Positions 55,224-64,000 of a DNA stretch of 64,000 bases are shown piece by piece. The position numbers and the translations under genes were made by a program. The DNA comes from an uncultured Clostridia bacterium (GTDB lineage Bacteria > Bacillota > Clostridia > Christensenellales > UBA1242): assembly GCA_930979925.1 (NCBI GenBank), contig CAKNIB010000008.1:217-64216 (forward strand). The letters run 5' to 3'. The notes beneath the pieces were generated by a model. It saw nothing but the letters and a program-made list of their open reading frames with translations, was not told the DNA's origin and searched no databases. Each line of letters opens with the position of its first letter. The stretch's first letter is position 1.

Positions 55224-56126
55224 ATGAAAGCAACTATAATAGAAAAAGCTAAAAAAGTGATTGATAGTCGCAGGTACCAAGCCGAAAATGATGCAATTAA
55301 TAATAAAATCAAAGCGTTTGAAGACCCTATTTTTAAAACGCTCTATCAAGGCTACACAACGGCTATGATTGAAGCAAGCAAAGAAGGCAAAGAGTTATCA
55401 CCATTTATTAAAGATATGAAAAAACAATATTTGGCAAGGCTGAAAGAGCTTGGATTGCCTTCCATTGAGCCTGACTTTTATTGCAAAAAATGCAATGACA
55501 CAGGTTTTATTGATGGTAAATACTGCAGTTGTTTAATCAAAGAAATTAACAATGTTTTAATAGCTGAAAGCGGTTTTGACAAGCTTGAAGACTTTAAAAA
55601 AGTAAAATTTGATATCTTTGAAAACAAAGATTATATGAAAAAATTGTATCAAAAGATGCAAGAGTGGTGCCACTCAAATTTTGATAAAAATCTTATTTTT
55701 ATTGCTGGAGAAACAGGCGTAGGTAAAACTCATTTAATTAAATGTATGGCAAATGAGCTAATAAACTTAAACCATGTGGTCCTTCTCACCTCCTCTTTCG
55801 CAATGCATCAGGACTTTGTTAAAAGCTATTCGACTAAAGACCTTGAAGAAAAAAGTTATCTTCTTGACAGATACCTAAACAGTGAAATTCTTTTTATCGA
55901 CGACCTTGGAACAGAGCTCCGTAATCCTACCATAACACTCAATTATCTATATCAAGTGATTAACGAACGAAAAATGAAGCGTCTTCCTACAATAATCACA
56001 TCTAATCTTGACCTCTATGATATCAAAGATTATTATGACGAGAGAATTTCAAGCCGAATTATTGATAAGTCTAGTTCTATTTGTGTCTACATAAAGGGCA
56101 AGGATTTAAGGTTAAAAAAGGACTAA
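55224..56126 (+). CDS. dnaI: helicase loader DnaI
   Basis: 300 aa. Zinc motif CKKCNDTGF..CSC, Walker A GETGVGKTHL and Walker B LFIDDLGTE. Confidence 0.88.
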   Translation: MKATIIEKAKKVIDSRRYQAENDAINNKIKAFEDPIFKTLYQGYTTAMIEASKEGKELSPFIKDMKKQYLARLKELGLPSIEPDFYCKKCNDTGFIDGKYCSCLIKEINNVLIAESGFDKLEDFKKVKFDIFENKDYMKKLYQKMQEWCHSNFDKNLIFIAGETGVGKTHLIKCMANELINLNHVVLLTSSFAMHQDFVKSYSTKDLEEKSYLLDRYLNSEILFIDDLGTELRNPTITLNYLYQVINERKMKRLPTIITSNLDLYDIKDYYDERISSRIIDKSSSICVYIKGKDLRLKKD

Positions 56127-56162
56127 ATTTTAGAAAAAATACTTGTAAATACACAAAAAAGC

Positions 56163-56193
56163 AAAAAATCTCGAAAAATTCGAGATTTTTTTT
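56163..56193. terminator. bidirectional intrinsic terminator
   Basis: AAATCTCGAA-AAA-TTCGAGATTT flanked by A and T runs. Confidence 0.7.
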
Positions 56194-56248
56194 AATAAGA
56201 TGTAATTTTAGATTGAAATGAAATGAGTTGGGCTTGTGTTCTGAGTGG

Positions 56249-56866
56249 TTATCTTGTCAAAAAACGTTTGAAAACTGTTATATTCTTCATCTGCATAGCA
56301 TAGTCGCTTTTCTCACCATGTCCACTATAGCAGTGAGAAAATTTTATATTTTCAAGTTTGCAAAGGCTTTTATACATATCCTCTTTATTTGAACCAATAA
56401 GGTCGGTACGACCTATGCTTTTATCAAAAAGTACATCGCCTGAGAAGAGATTTTCGCCATCTACCAAATAGCACTCACAGCAAGGGCTATGTCCTGGGCA
56501 ATGGAAGCACTCAATAGTAAAGCTCCCTATCTTAATAGTTTTATCTTCGTCAATGTACTCAAAACGCGAGAGGTCTTCTATTGTCTCGCCATGTTCGCTA
56601 TAAAGTGCTTTGGCATCAGTGAGCGTCTTAACAGCCTCTGCACTTGCGTAAACTTTACATCCAAAGAACTTGGCATATTCTGCAACATGGCAGGAGTGGT
56701 CGTAATGTCCATGTGTGAGCAGTATCCCCACCACTTTATTCTTGCCTACTGCCTTGATTGTGTCGTATAAGAAGGCTCCGCCATCTACAATAAGGCACTC
56801 GTTATCCTTGCTAACAATATATACATTTGCTTCTAAAAATTGACCAATTAGTTTATTTATTTCCAT
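56249..56866 (-). CDS. MBL-fold metallo-hydrolase
   Basis: RBS GAGGTGA precedes ATG 56866. Motifs LLTHGHYDH and CPGHSP. Confidence 0.85.
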   Translation of the reverse strand: MEINKLIGQFLEANVYIVSKDNECLIVDGGAFLYDTIKAVGKNKVVGILLTHGHYDHSCHVAEYAKFFGCKVYASAEAVKTLTDAKALYSEHGETIEDLSRFEYIDEDKTIKIGSFTIECFHCPGHSPCCECYLVDGENLFSGDVLFDKSIGRTDLIGSNKEDMYKSLCKLENIKFSHCYSGHGEKSDYAMQMKNITVFKRFLTR

Positions 56867-56928
56867 ATTTTCACCTCTTGTCTTTAAACGCATAGCAATA
56901 TTGTAGCACTTTTTTGAAAATATCAAAA

Positions 56929-58140
56929 CTATTTTTCAATTATTTCATCTTCGTGTGCATTTTCTTGAGATAGGTCGTCAGATAGATAGTAAGCCATTAT
57001 TTTAAGTTCGTTTAAATAAATGTTTTGTTGAAGATAGAGCATATCAACAAGGTATTCGACAAACTCGGTGATGTCTTTACTATTTATGCAACGTGCAAGG
57101 CGCTCGTCATACTCTATTTTTGAGCCTGCTCTAAAGGCAATGGTTGGATAGTCATTCTTTAAAATCTCATAATTAGTAAAGAGTCTTGCTACCCGCTTAT
57201 TGCCATCTCTAAATGGTTGAAGGCGCGATATTTCTAGGTTAAGTATTGCAGCGCGCTCAAGTGGTGACAATTGTTTTGCCTCGCCACCATTGTACCAAGT
57301 AAATAATTGGTCAACTTGGTCAAGAAGAGGCTTGTTGTTATATCCTCGAGGATTGCCAAGGTCATCTCGTCTTGTAACCTCACGAAGTACGACCGTCTCC
57401 CACATAGGTGGATAGCCAACCATTACATTTGTCTCTCGGAACTTGCCAAAGCCTGTTTGCCCTTCATGCTCTGTACCTTTAAAAAGAATATTATTTATCT
57501 TTTCAAGTGAGTGGGCGCTTAGTTTTGCATTCTCAGTTTTACTCCTTTGAGCCATCTCAATTATTTCGTCAAGTGCTATCATATGATTTTTGTTTGGAAG
57601 CACTTTGAGCTCTCTGGTTGAAGGATTTATAAATATTAGATTTGTCTTTTCAATAAGCTTATCAGTTGGCATGTAAGCTTTAAAAGAGCCCATAATCCCC
57701 GTCTTTTTATAGAAAGAGCGCAGTTCTTCAAAAGATATTATCCTAATTTTGCTATCTTGATTTTTTAAAATATGGCTGAAAGCCTGTTGAAAGTCTATGT
57801 TGTTTTTAAAGTTAATTGTTTCCTTTCTATCTCGCTTCCTTCGCATATCACTTGTGACCTCAAAAGCCAATATCCCCTTTTGAGTGATTAGTGCATACTT
57901 GATGTCCTTTAACTCGTCTTCCATATCGCCATAGTCAACATGCTCAAGTTTGTCGCTCTTTATTACGTAATCTAAGTTGACAAGGTTATTGAGTTGTGTC
58001 AAAAAAGGTTTAATAAAGCAGGCATACTGTCCGTTTTTAAGCTCCTCTATTTGAGCGTGCTGAGCACGTATATTTGATAGGTCAATCTCTCGCGAAATAT
58101 AATAACCATTAAATCCTAAATCTCTTCTAAAATTTTCCAT
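56929..58140 (-). CDS. Fic/Doc-family protein with a non-canonical active-site motif
   Basis: 403 aa. The C-terminal Fic fold has LQPFRDGNKRVARL where HPFx(D/E)GNGRxxR is expected. That is His to Gln plus a Doc-like NKR. Confidence 0.7.
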   Translation of the reverse strand: MENFRRDLGFNGYYISREIDLSNIRAQHAQIEELKNGQYACFIKPFLTQLNNLVNLDYVIKSDKLEHVDYGDMEDELKDIKYALITQKGILAFEVTSDMRRKRDRKETINFKNNIDFQQAFSHILKNQDSKIRIISFEELRSFYKKTGIMGSFKAYMPTDKLIEKTNLIFINPSTRELKVLPNKNHMIALDEIIEMAQRSKTENAKLSAHSLEKINNILFKGTEHEGQTGFGKFRETNVMVGYPPMWETVVLREVTRRDDLGNPRGYNNKPLLDQVDQLFTWYNGGEAKQLSPLERAAILNLEISRLQPFRDGNKRVARLFTNYEILKNDYPTIAFRAGSKIEYDERLARCINSKDITEFVEYLVDMLYLQQNIYLNELKIMAYYLSDDLSQENAHEDEIIEK

Positions 58141-58258
58141 AATAAGCTTATCCTTTGTCTATATAATTATGATACAATATTTTGTCAGCTTTTTCAATAA
58201 TTATTTATATATTTTTGACTTTTTATTTAAATTTGCTATAATAAAATAAGAGGTAAAT

Positions 58259-59473
58259 ATGGTAAATAATATAACAAAAATCAATTTAAATGAAATAAAG
58301 CTAAGCTTGAAAAGCCAATTAAATGGAGAACATCAGTTTATTAATGGCGGGATAAGTGACGTTTTGATTTGTCTTCATCCGCAAAATGACGATTTTATGC
58401 CCATGGTTATAGGCAGGCTTTTAAATAAAAATCATGGCTATTGTCTTGTCTGTGAGGGAAAAGATGACGGGAATGCTAAAAACAGCTTTAAAAATTTCCT
58501 CTTATCATCCTGCAGAAAATATAAACCGCTTATGGTGCTTGAACTAACTAGCACAAATGAAGACTGCCAAGTAAGTTTAGTATCTGATTACGGCAAAACG
58601 CTGCTTGACGATACTTTATCGCTCTCTTCGCTGATAACATCTTTCAATAAATATGGAATTGAAAAGGTTATTACTGATGGAAATTTCAGCGGAAATACAA
58701 ACCCTGCCCAAGTGGTCAGTGAAAAGCTATCATTAAAAGCCCTACAAATTGAAATTAATGAAGGATACGCAAATAAGTCAACTCTTAATATCATAAAAAT
58801 AGTAAATGCCATCCATCTTTTCTGCCAAATCCTGCGAAAACGCAACGAGGTCATGGCGCGTTATATTGATATCCCTCTTCTTCGCGAGATTGACAAACAG
58901 TTTGCAACAGGTCAAGGGCTAAACGACTTTGAGTATGTAAATAGTATAGACGACATCGTTTTATCTGCGCCTCATGCAAAGCAAAGTGTTTTTAACGGCA
59001 AAGTTAAAGCTAGTGAGAGCATGACAGGAAGCATTTGCAAACTCTTCAACACAGAATTTGGCTTTTCAGTAATTTACAAAACAAAAGATAATCAAATTGA
59101 CTATTTTAACACTCAAGCTAACCAGTACAAAGACACGCTTATTAAAAAAGTTATTAAGCCTGATACAAAGTTGTTCTTGGAGCTTCACACTTTAAGTCAA
59201 AAGCGCGTGCAAGATGTTACCCTCTTTTTGCCTGAGAATTATGACAAAGAAAAGCTCTATCAAATTATTAATGCCCTCAATAATCATGGCTTGCAATACT
59301 TTTCTATCAATTCGGTATTTGACTCATATAAAAAGCATAGAACGATAAACCAAATAAAAAATAACTGTTTTAAATTACAAATATGCTTTAATGAAAGACT
59401 TTATCAAAATGATGAAACACTTTCAAATGTAACTAGTGCTTTAAAGGAAATTATATCTATATTTTTAGATTAG
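58259..59473 (+). CDS. hypothetical protein, possibly a tandem N-formylglutamate-amidohydrolase-like fold
   Basis: 404 aa with RBS AAGAGGT. IVLSAPHAKQ and LQICFNERLY / LQIEINEGY weakly resemble FGase-family motifs. Confidence 0.55.
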   Translation: MVNNITKINLNEIKLSLKSQLNGEHQFINGGISDVLICLHPQNDDFMPMVIGRLLNKNHGYCLVCEGKDDGNAKNSFKNFLLSSCRKYKPLMVLELTSTNEDCQVSLVSDYGKTLLDDTLSLSSLITSFNKYGIEKVITDGNFSGNTNPAQVVSEKLSLKALQIEINEGYANKSTLNIIKIVNAIHLFCQILRKRNEVMARYIDIPLLREIDKQFATGQGLNDFEYVNSIDDIVLSAPHAKQSVFNGKVKASESMTGSICKLFNTEFGFSVIYKTKDNQIDYFNTQANQYKDTLIKKVIKPDTKLFLELHTLSQKRVQDVTLFLPENYDKEKLYQIINALNNHGLQYFSINSVFDSYKKHRTINQIKNNCFKLQICFNERLYQNDETLSNVTSALKEIISIFLD

Positions 59474-59555
59474 TTGTGCCAAAAATGTGCCTAAAAACAA
59501 TAAAAACCACTATAAATAGCGAATAAAAAGCTAATATATAGTGGTTTTTTGATTT

Positions 59556-59629
59556 TGGCAGGGGTGGTAGGAGTTGAACCCACCTCAGGAGTTTTGGAGA
59601 CTCTTATTCTACCGATGAACTACACCCCT
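59556..59629 (-). tRNA. trnW: tRNA-Trp (anticodon CCA), CCA end encoded
   Basis: Hand-folded cloverleaf. Acceptor stem AGGGGTG/CACCCCT, anticodon loop CUCCAAA, T-loop TTCAACT, discriminator G, then CCA. Confidence 0.85.
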
Positions 59630-59663
59630 ATTTGTTATATGGTAGATTTCGTTGACAAGTATA

Positions 59664-59692
59664 ATGATACTATAATTCTTCAATTTAGTCAA
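59664..59692 (-). promoter_or_regulatory. candidate promoter TTGACT-17-TATCAT for tRNA-Trp
   Basis: Minus-strand hexamers lie at 59692-59687 and 59669-59664, ~35 nt upstream of the tRNA 5' end. Confidence 0.35.
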
Positions 59693-59787
59693 TAAAAATT
59701 TGGAAATTTGATAATTTTTATTAAATTTTATTTTAACTATTTTCTTTTTTAAAGATTTATGATATAATCACCTCATGAGGTGTACAA

Positions 59788-60387
59788 ATGAAAATAGGCG
59801 TTGATGTCGATGGAGTTTTAACTCATCTTAGTGAGTATGTAAAAAAATATTTTACAATGTATCTTAAAGAAAATAATATTCCTTTTAAGTATAATAAAGC
59901 AAAGGAGCGCTTTTACGAGCAATTTAATGTAACAAAAGATATTGAAACCGATTTTTGGGATGAGCGGATATTTCATTACTCTAAAAACACTGTTATGATG
60001 AACAATGCTTCAAAATTCTTAAAAAAATTACATAATGATGGGCACACACTAACTATTATTACCTCTCGTACACACTCAAGTGAACAATCAGAAAAGGGAG
60101 AGCGTATGCGTGCGTCATTGCAAAAATGGTTTAATAAACATGATATCTACTTTGACGAGATTTATTATAGCAACGAGATTATAGGTAAGGTTGACCTTGT
60201 AAAGAAAAGTAAAATTGATGTCATGATAGACGACTCTGTTAGAAACATCAATGAAATATCAGAGCATGTGCCTGTAATCATTTTTAAAAACCCAGCAAAC
60301 AAAAAGGCAAAAGGTGAAAATAAAATTATTGCAAACAGCTGGAAAGATATTTATAAAATTATCTGTGAAATGGCAAAGACTAATTAG
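59788..60387 (+). CDS. HAD-superfamily hydrolase, 5'(3')-deoxyribonucleotidase-like
   Basis: 199 aa. N-terminal DVDGVL motif, ITSR and MIDDS motifs. Confidence 0.55.
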   Translation: MKIGVDVDGVLTHLSEYVKKYFTMYLKENNIPFKYNKAKERFYEQFNVTKDIETDFWDERIFHYSKNTVMMNNASKFLKKLHNDGHTLTIITSRTHSSEQSEKGERMRASLQKWFNKHDIYFDEIYYSNEIIGKVDLVKKSKIDVMIDDSVRNINEISEHVPVIIFKNPANKKAKGENKIIANSWKDIYKIICEMAKTN

Positions 60388-60393
60388 AGCAAA

Positions 60394-60425
60394 AAGCACT
60401 TAAAAAATTTTTAAGTGCTTTTTTG
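60394..60425 (+). terminator. intrinsic terminator
   Basis: AGCACTTAAAAA/TTTTTAAGTGCT followed by TTTTT. Confidence 0.7.
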
Positions 60426-60581
60426 ACTTATTTTGATAAAAATTCTATGCTTCACTACGAACTTTTCCAAGTCTTGTCATTACATCTTTGATTTCCATAT
60501 AAATATTATACAAAATTTATAAGTTTTTTTCAAAGCCATTTGTAAAAATAAAAAAATATTGATTATGTATTTTTCAATATT

Positions 60582-60929
60582 TTAAAAACCTAGTGAGATG
60601 AGAAGGGCTTTGTTGACCTCTCGCATTTTGTCGGGTGAGAGCGTGGTTACCTTTTCTTGCAATCGGCGTTTGTCAAGTGTTCGGATTTGCTCAAGAAGGG
60701 CTACCGAGTTTTTGGGCAAGTTGTATTTTTCGGCTGGCAGTTCTATGTGTGTTGGCAATTTTGCCTTGCCTAGTTGGCTGGTTATTGCAGAGACGATTAC
60801 AGTGGGCGAATACTTATTCCCTACATCGTTTTGGATTATTAGCACAGGACGAACACCACCCTGCTCGCTTCCAACAACAGGGCTAAGGTCGGCGTAATAA
60901 ATTTCTCCTCTTCTTATTTGATCGTCCAT
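60582..60929 (-). CDS. mazF: MazF/EndoA (NdoA) endoribonuclease toxin
   Basis: [60 protein letters not shown] is nearly colinear with B. subtilis EndoA. ATG 60929 is preferred over the TTG at 60950. Confidence 0.92.
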   Translation of the reverse strand: MDDQIRRGEIYYADLSPVVGSEQGGVRPVLIIQNDVGNKYSPTVIVSAITSQLGKAKLPTHIELPAEKYNLPKNSVALLEQIRTLDKRRLQEKVTTLSPDKMREVNKALLISLGF

Positions 60930-61155
60930 TTTCGAAAACCCAATAATCAATTAAATCGACTTTTTCTAGAGGGGCAAGTTCGCTTAAAACACGAGTGTAA
61001 CTCTCGGCATAAGTCTTTTCTTCCTCTACTAGCATATTATGCGAACCCCTCTCAAAATTTGCATGCAAAGAAGCAGAAATTAGGTCGACATTTGTCTGCT
61101 CGAGATCTTTAGCTCGTTTTTCGAGTCCGCGTTTAAGATTAATTTTTTCAAACAT
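60883..61155 (-). CDS. mazE: MazE/EndoAI-like RHH antitoxin (C-terminus overlaps mazF)
   Basis: 90 aa, immediately upstream of maz[28 protein letters not shown] fits a ribbon-helix-helix pattern. It overlaps mazF by 47 nt. Confidence 0.6.
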   Translation of the reverse strand: MFEKINLKRGLEKRAKDLEQTNVDLISASLHANFERGSHNMLVEEEKTYAESYTRVLSELAPLEKVDLIDYWVFENGRSNKKRRNLLRRP

Positions 61156-61306
61156 GATTATCTCCTAAGAAAATGGGTTTTAAACATATAAAGATAGTTT
61201 GAGTTAAAAAGTTTGCAAATATGCAAATAAAAAAATAAACACATGCTACAAATGTTTTATTGCTACAAAAAGAAAAGCCCCTAATGGAGCTATTATAATC
61301 AATATT

Positions 61307-61669
61307 TTATATAAGAATGGCAATGGCGGTGGCGTAAGCGGGAGTGTGCGAAAGAGAAACCTCTAGTTTTTTATCTGAAAAACACTGGTTGTATTTTTCT
61401 AGCGCCTTGCCGTGCAGAATGACTATTGGTTTTCCGCTATCCTCGTGAGAAAGCTCGATGTCTTTGAAGGTAACTCCGCTGTTTTTACCCATTTCAAGCG
61501 CCTTCATAACCGCCTCTTTCACGCAAAAAAGTGCACCTGTGCGTTGGTGGCGAAGGCTCTCGCAAAAGGACTTTTTTACATATTCTATTTCTTTAGCATT
61601 TGCGATGTGAGCCAAAAACTCGTCGCTTTTGTCAACTCTTTCTATATCTATAATGTCAATTCCTACCAT
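61307..61669 (-). CDS. acpS: holo-[acyl-carrier-protein] synthase
   Basis: 120 aa. Contains MVGIDIIDIERV and FCVKEAVMKAL. Confidence 0.88.
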   Translation of the reverse strand: MVGIDIIDIERVDKSDEFLAHIANAKEIEYVKKSFCESLRHQRTGALFCVKEAVMKALEMGKNSGVTFKDIELSHEDSGKPIVILHGKALEKYNQCFSDKKLEVSLSHTPAYATAIAILI

Positions 61670-62273
61670 TTAACTCCTCCCAAGCGTTTGCTATCATACC
61701 ATAATCGTAACCCTTTCCGGCAAAGTGATTATAAAACTTTTGCTTGTTTCTTAAGTCAAATTCCTTGTTTTTCATATATTTTTCAGCCAAAAGTTGTAAT
61801 TTCCCACGCTCTAAGTCTTCATTAAGCAAGTTTTCAAGTTTCTCGTCAATGATATCCTCTTTTATCCCCTTTGAAAGAAGGTCATATTTGAGTTTGCGTT
61901 TGCTCTTTGAAGAGCTATAAGAATTTATATAATTTTCGCAAAAAGCCTGATCGTCAATGTAGCCGTATTCTGACAATTTATTAACGGCTTTTTCTATGCA
62001 AGCTTTAGGATAGCCCTTCTCGCGAAGATAGTCTTTTAGCATTTTCTCGCTCTTCATACTTTTTTCTAGCAAGCTTAGTCCACGGTTGAAACAAGCATAG
62101 TCGCCATTTTCAATTTTAAGGTCTTCAAAAAATTGGTCATCAAAAGACTGCCCTGTCTTTAAACAGTGACGAGCTAAAATTTCAGCTTCATATACTCCAA
62201 AAAACTGGTCGTCAAGGTAGAGGTTATATCTTAATCCCTTGCCTATCTTTTTAATCTCTGTTATTGTTTTCAT
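61656..62273 (-). CDS. recX: RecX-family regulatory protein
   Basis: 205 aa. Three-helix repeat pattern with LREKGYP....A...L.E.GYIDD..F. Confidence 0.75.
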   Translation of the reverse strand: MKTITEIKKIGKGLRYNLYLDDQFFGVYEAEILARHCLKTGQSFDDQFFEDLKIENGDYACFNRGLSLLEKSMKSEKMLKDYLREKGYPKACIEKAVNKLSEYGYIDDQAFCENYINSYSSSKSKRKLKYDLLSKGIKEDIIDEKLENLLNEDLERGKLQLLAEKYMKNKEFDLRNKQKFYNHFAGKGYDYGMIANAWEELNGRN

Positions 62274-62316
62274 AGAAATATTATAGCATTTTTACCAGCT
62301 ATTTTAAAAGCAATTT

Positions 62317-62673
62317 TTAATTATTAAAAAGCTCAGAAGTTGTCTTTGCATAAATTCGCACAAGTCCGCCCGCGCCGAGTTTAACTCCGCCAAAATAACG
62401 AACAACAAAGACTGCAACATCCTCAACATTTTTCTTTTGCAAAACTGAAAGAATTGGACGACCTGCCGTGCCTCCTGGCTCGCCATCGTCAACCGCCCTT
62501 TCATAGAAAGGCGTTTTAAGGCGACAAGCCCAACAAATATGAGTTGCCTTCTTGTGTTCTGTCTTCAAAAATGCAAGAGCCTCTTTAACTTCGCTCTCGC
62601 TCCTACACTCTAAAAGGTAGCCATAAAATTTTGACTTTTTCTCTATAATACAAATTTCTTTTTTAAAAATCAT
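62317..62673 (-). CDS. IMPACT/YigZ-family N-terminal domain protein (short)
   Basis: 118 aa. Contains ATHICWA, DDGEPGGTAGRPIL and VVRYFGGVKLGAGGLVR. It lacks the usual C-terminal domain. Confidence 0.75.
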   Translation of the reverse strand: MIFKKEICIIEKKSKFYGYLLECRSESEVKEALAFLKTEHKKATHICWACRLKTPFYERAVDDGEPGGTAGRPILSVLQKKNVEDVAVFVVRYFGGVKLGAGGLVRIYAKTTSELFNN

Positions 62674-62675
62674 AA

Positions 62676-62879
62676 TTAATCTTCAAGACCACACAAATAA
62701 TCAGTTGAAACATTAAAAAATTTGGCAATAGTAACAAGTACTTCTATATTAGGAGTTTGTAATCCCCTTTCCCATCTACTGACCGCCATGGTACTACATC
62801 TTATTTTATCCGCAAGTTCGGTCATTGTCAACTTTTTCTCAATTCTAAGTTCTTTTAGTCTCTCTGCAAATATTTCCAT
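62676..62879 (-). CDS. XRE-family HTH transcriptional regulator
   Basis: 67 aa. Contains RLKELRIEKKLTMTELADKIRCSTMAVSRWERG. Confidence 0.85.
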   Translation of the reverse strand: MEIFAERLKELRIEKKLTMTELADKIRCSTMAVSRWERGLQTPNIEVLVTIAKFFNVSTDYLCGLED

Positions 62880-62927
62880 AACTCACCTAGCATAATTTTA
62901 AACCAAACGGTTACAAAATAGTTGACT

Positions 62928-63197
62928 TTAACCAAACATTGAGTTATAAGCAAGCATTATCTGCGTTTTATGATATATACCACCCTTTAAATTCATATTT
63001 TTTTGCTCAATCAATATATCAAGCAATTTGTTTTTTAATCTCTTGCGAATACTAGGTTTTTGAGCATTTTCTGGAATATTCCATGTTTTGCCGGTGATAA
63101 AAGCACCTTCTATTAATCCCTTTGAGCAATAATTTCTCATAGTTCTTTCAGATATTTCCCATTTTTTAGCTATTTCTGCTACTGATTTGTATTTCAT
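62928..63197 (-). CDS. small HTH DNA-binding protein (MerR/excisionase-like)
   Basis: RBS AGAGGT precedes ATG 63197. Begins MKYKSVAEIAKKWEISERTMRNYCSKGLI. Confidence 0.6.
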   Translation of the reverse strand: MKYKSVAEIAKKWEISERTMRNYCSKGLIEGAFITGKTWNIPENAQKPSIRKRLKNKLLDILIEQKNMNLKGGIYHKTQIMLAYNSMFG

Positions 63198-63361
63198 ATA
63201 TACCTCTTTGTATATATTATACCATGTTATCGGCAAAATATCAAGTGTTTTTAGCATTTGCCGATATCGGCAATATGTTTAGCAATAGTATTTTCTTGCC
63301 GATAATATAAAAAGTAAAACCTCAACTTAAATAATTGAGGTTTTTATCTTTATAAGTATTT

Positions 63362-64000
63362 TTATTTTATTACCACTTTTATAAAGTTCTTTTTGCCCTT
63401 TTTAAGTAAGAGAGAATTATCGGTAAAATCTGATGTGGTTATTTTTAGGGCTATGTCGGAAATCTTCTCGCCTTTTACAGAGATAGCTCCGCCTTGGATA
63501 AGACGGCGTGCCTCACTCTTAGAAGGTGCAAGTCCGGTCATAAAAAGTAGGTCACATATTAAAATGCCCTCTTCTGCTGACTGTTTTGCAAGCTCATATT
63601 CTGGTGCGTCGTCGCCACCTTGAGTGAAGAGATTTTCGCTCATATCGCGAGCCTTGATTGCGTCCTCTTCTCCACGGACGAACTTTGTTATCTCATAGCA
63701 TAGGGTCTTTTTAGCTTTTACGATATCCTCTTTGATAATAGTTTTAACCTCGTCCATCGGCAAGTCGGTAAAGAGAGCAAACATCATCTCAACGCAGGCG
63801 TCTGGAGTTTGATAAATGCCTTGGTAAAAATCATAGGCTGAGATTTTATCTTTATTTATCCAAATAGCACCCTTCTCAGTCTTGCCCATCTTTTTGCCTT
63901 CTGGAGTTAAAAGCAAAGGATTTGTTGCGCCTACCATAGTCCTAGTCTTTCCGTCCGCAAAGCTGAGTTTTCTTGCAAGTTTTACGCCGGCAGCAATGTT
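63362..64000 (-). CDS. tyrS: tyrosine--tRNA ligase, C-terminal part (gene continues beyond the window)
   Basis: The frame stays open to the window edge. KMGKT (a KMSKS variant) and a C-terminal S4 domain SKSEARRLIQGGAISVKGEKI are present. Confidence 0.88.
   Translation of the reverse strand, partial: NIAAGVKLARKLSFADGKTRTMVGATNPLLLTPEGKKMGKTEKGAIWINKDKISAYDFYQGIYQTPDACVEMMFALFTDLPMDEVKTIIKEDIVKAKKTLCYEITKFVRGEEDAIKARDMSENLFTQGGDDAPEYELAKQSAEEGILICDLLFMTGLAPSKSEARRLIQGGAISVKGEKISDIALKITTSDFTDNSLLLKKGKKNFIKVVIK

Noticed and set aside
59556-59629. Alternative genetic code (UGA=Trp), as in Mollicutes
   Set aside because: The tRNA-Trp anticodon is CCA, not UCA. Well-aligned genes end at TGA (for example the TSUP halves and the mini-mcsA), and long conserved genes read through without in-frame TGA.
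62676-63197. XRE plus second HTH gene pair as a prophage or mobile-element remnant
   Set aside because: There is no integrase, recombinase, phage structural gene or att-like repeat nearby. The flanks (yigZ-like, recX, tyrS) are core genes.
63362-64000. T-box leader for tyrS
   Set aside because: The 5' end of tyrS and its leader lie beyond the right edge of the window, so this cannot be assessed here.

Overview
AT-rich (about one-third GC by eye) low-GC Firmicutes-type chromosomal segment using the standard genetic code (TGA stops; tRNA-Trp has anticodon CCA). Most of it is housekeeping backbone with Bacillus-like local synteny: gpr/rpsT, hpf, mini-mcsA/mcsB/clpC, tex, dinB, degV, trxB, rplM-rpsI, minD-minE, an mreB-like gene, tsaE-tsaB, rnj, greA, rlmH, tadA, groES-groEL, dnaB-like/dnaI, acpS...mazE-mazF, recX and a partial tyrS. 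I saw no rRNA, CRISPR array, transposase, integrase or recognisable defence genes. Five accessory or unexplained parts stand out. (1) Two paralogous secreted BspA-type LRR proteins (25700-26773 and 46932-47897) share three conserved non-coding islands amid otherwise diverged upstream sequence. These are an identical TTGACA-16-TAxxAT promoter with a G8 homopolymer in its spacer (phase-variation-like), a GC hairpin in the 5' UTR, and a 118-nt closing-stem-plus-three-hairpin element showing compensatory base-pair changes between copies. (2) A ~335-nt GC-rich, hairpin-dense insertion lies in the leader of LRR copy B. (3) A ~260-nt GC-rich degenerate ~17-nt tandem-repeat block lies between convergent terminators at 51.66-51.92 kb. 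(4) A three-gene operon ends in a 2386-aa membrane-anchored giant protein with a ~1.8-kb internal tandem super-repeat and C-terminal Listeria-Bacteroides (Flg_new) repeats. (5) There is an 1162-aa type-I surface protein and a zinc-ribbon protein with a poly-Asp tail. Several enzyme-family proteins (Fic/Doc-like, Ppx/GppA-like, amidohydrolase-like) appear to carry degenerate catalytic motifs. All calls rest on reading the translations and DNA by eye. No database search, covariance model or folding program was run.
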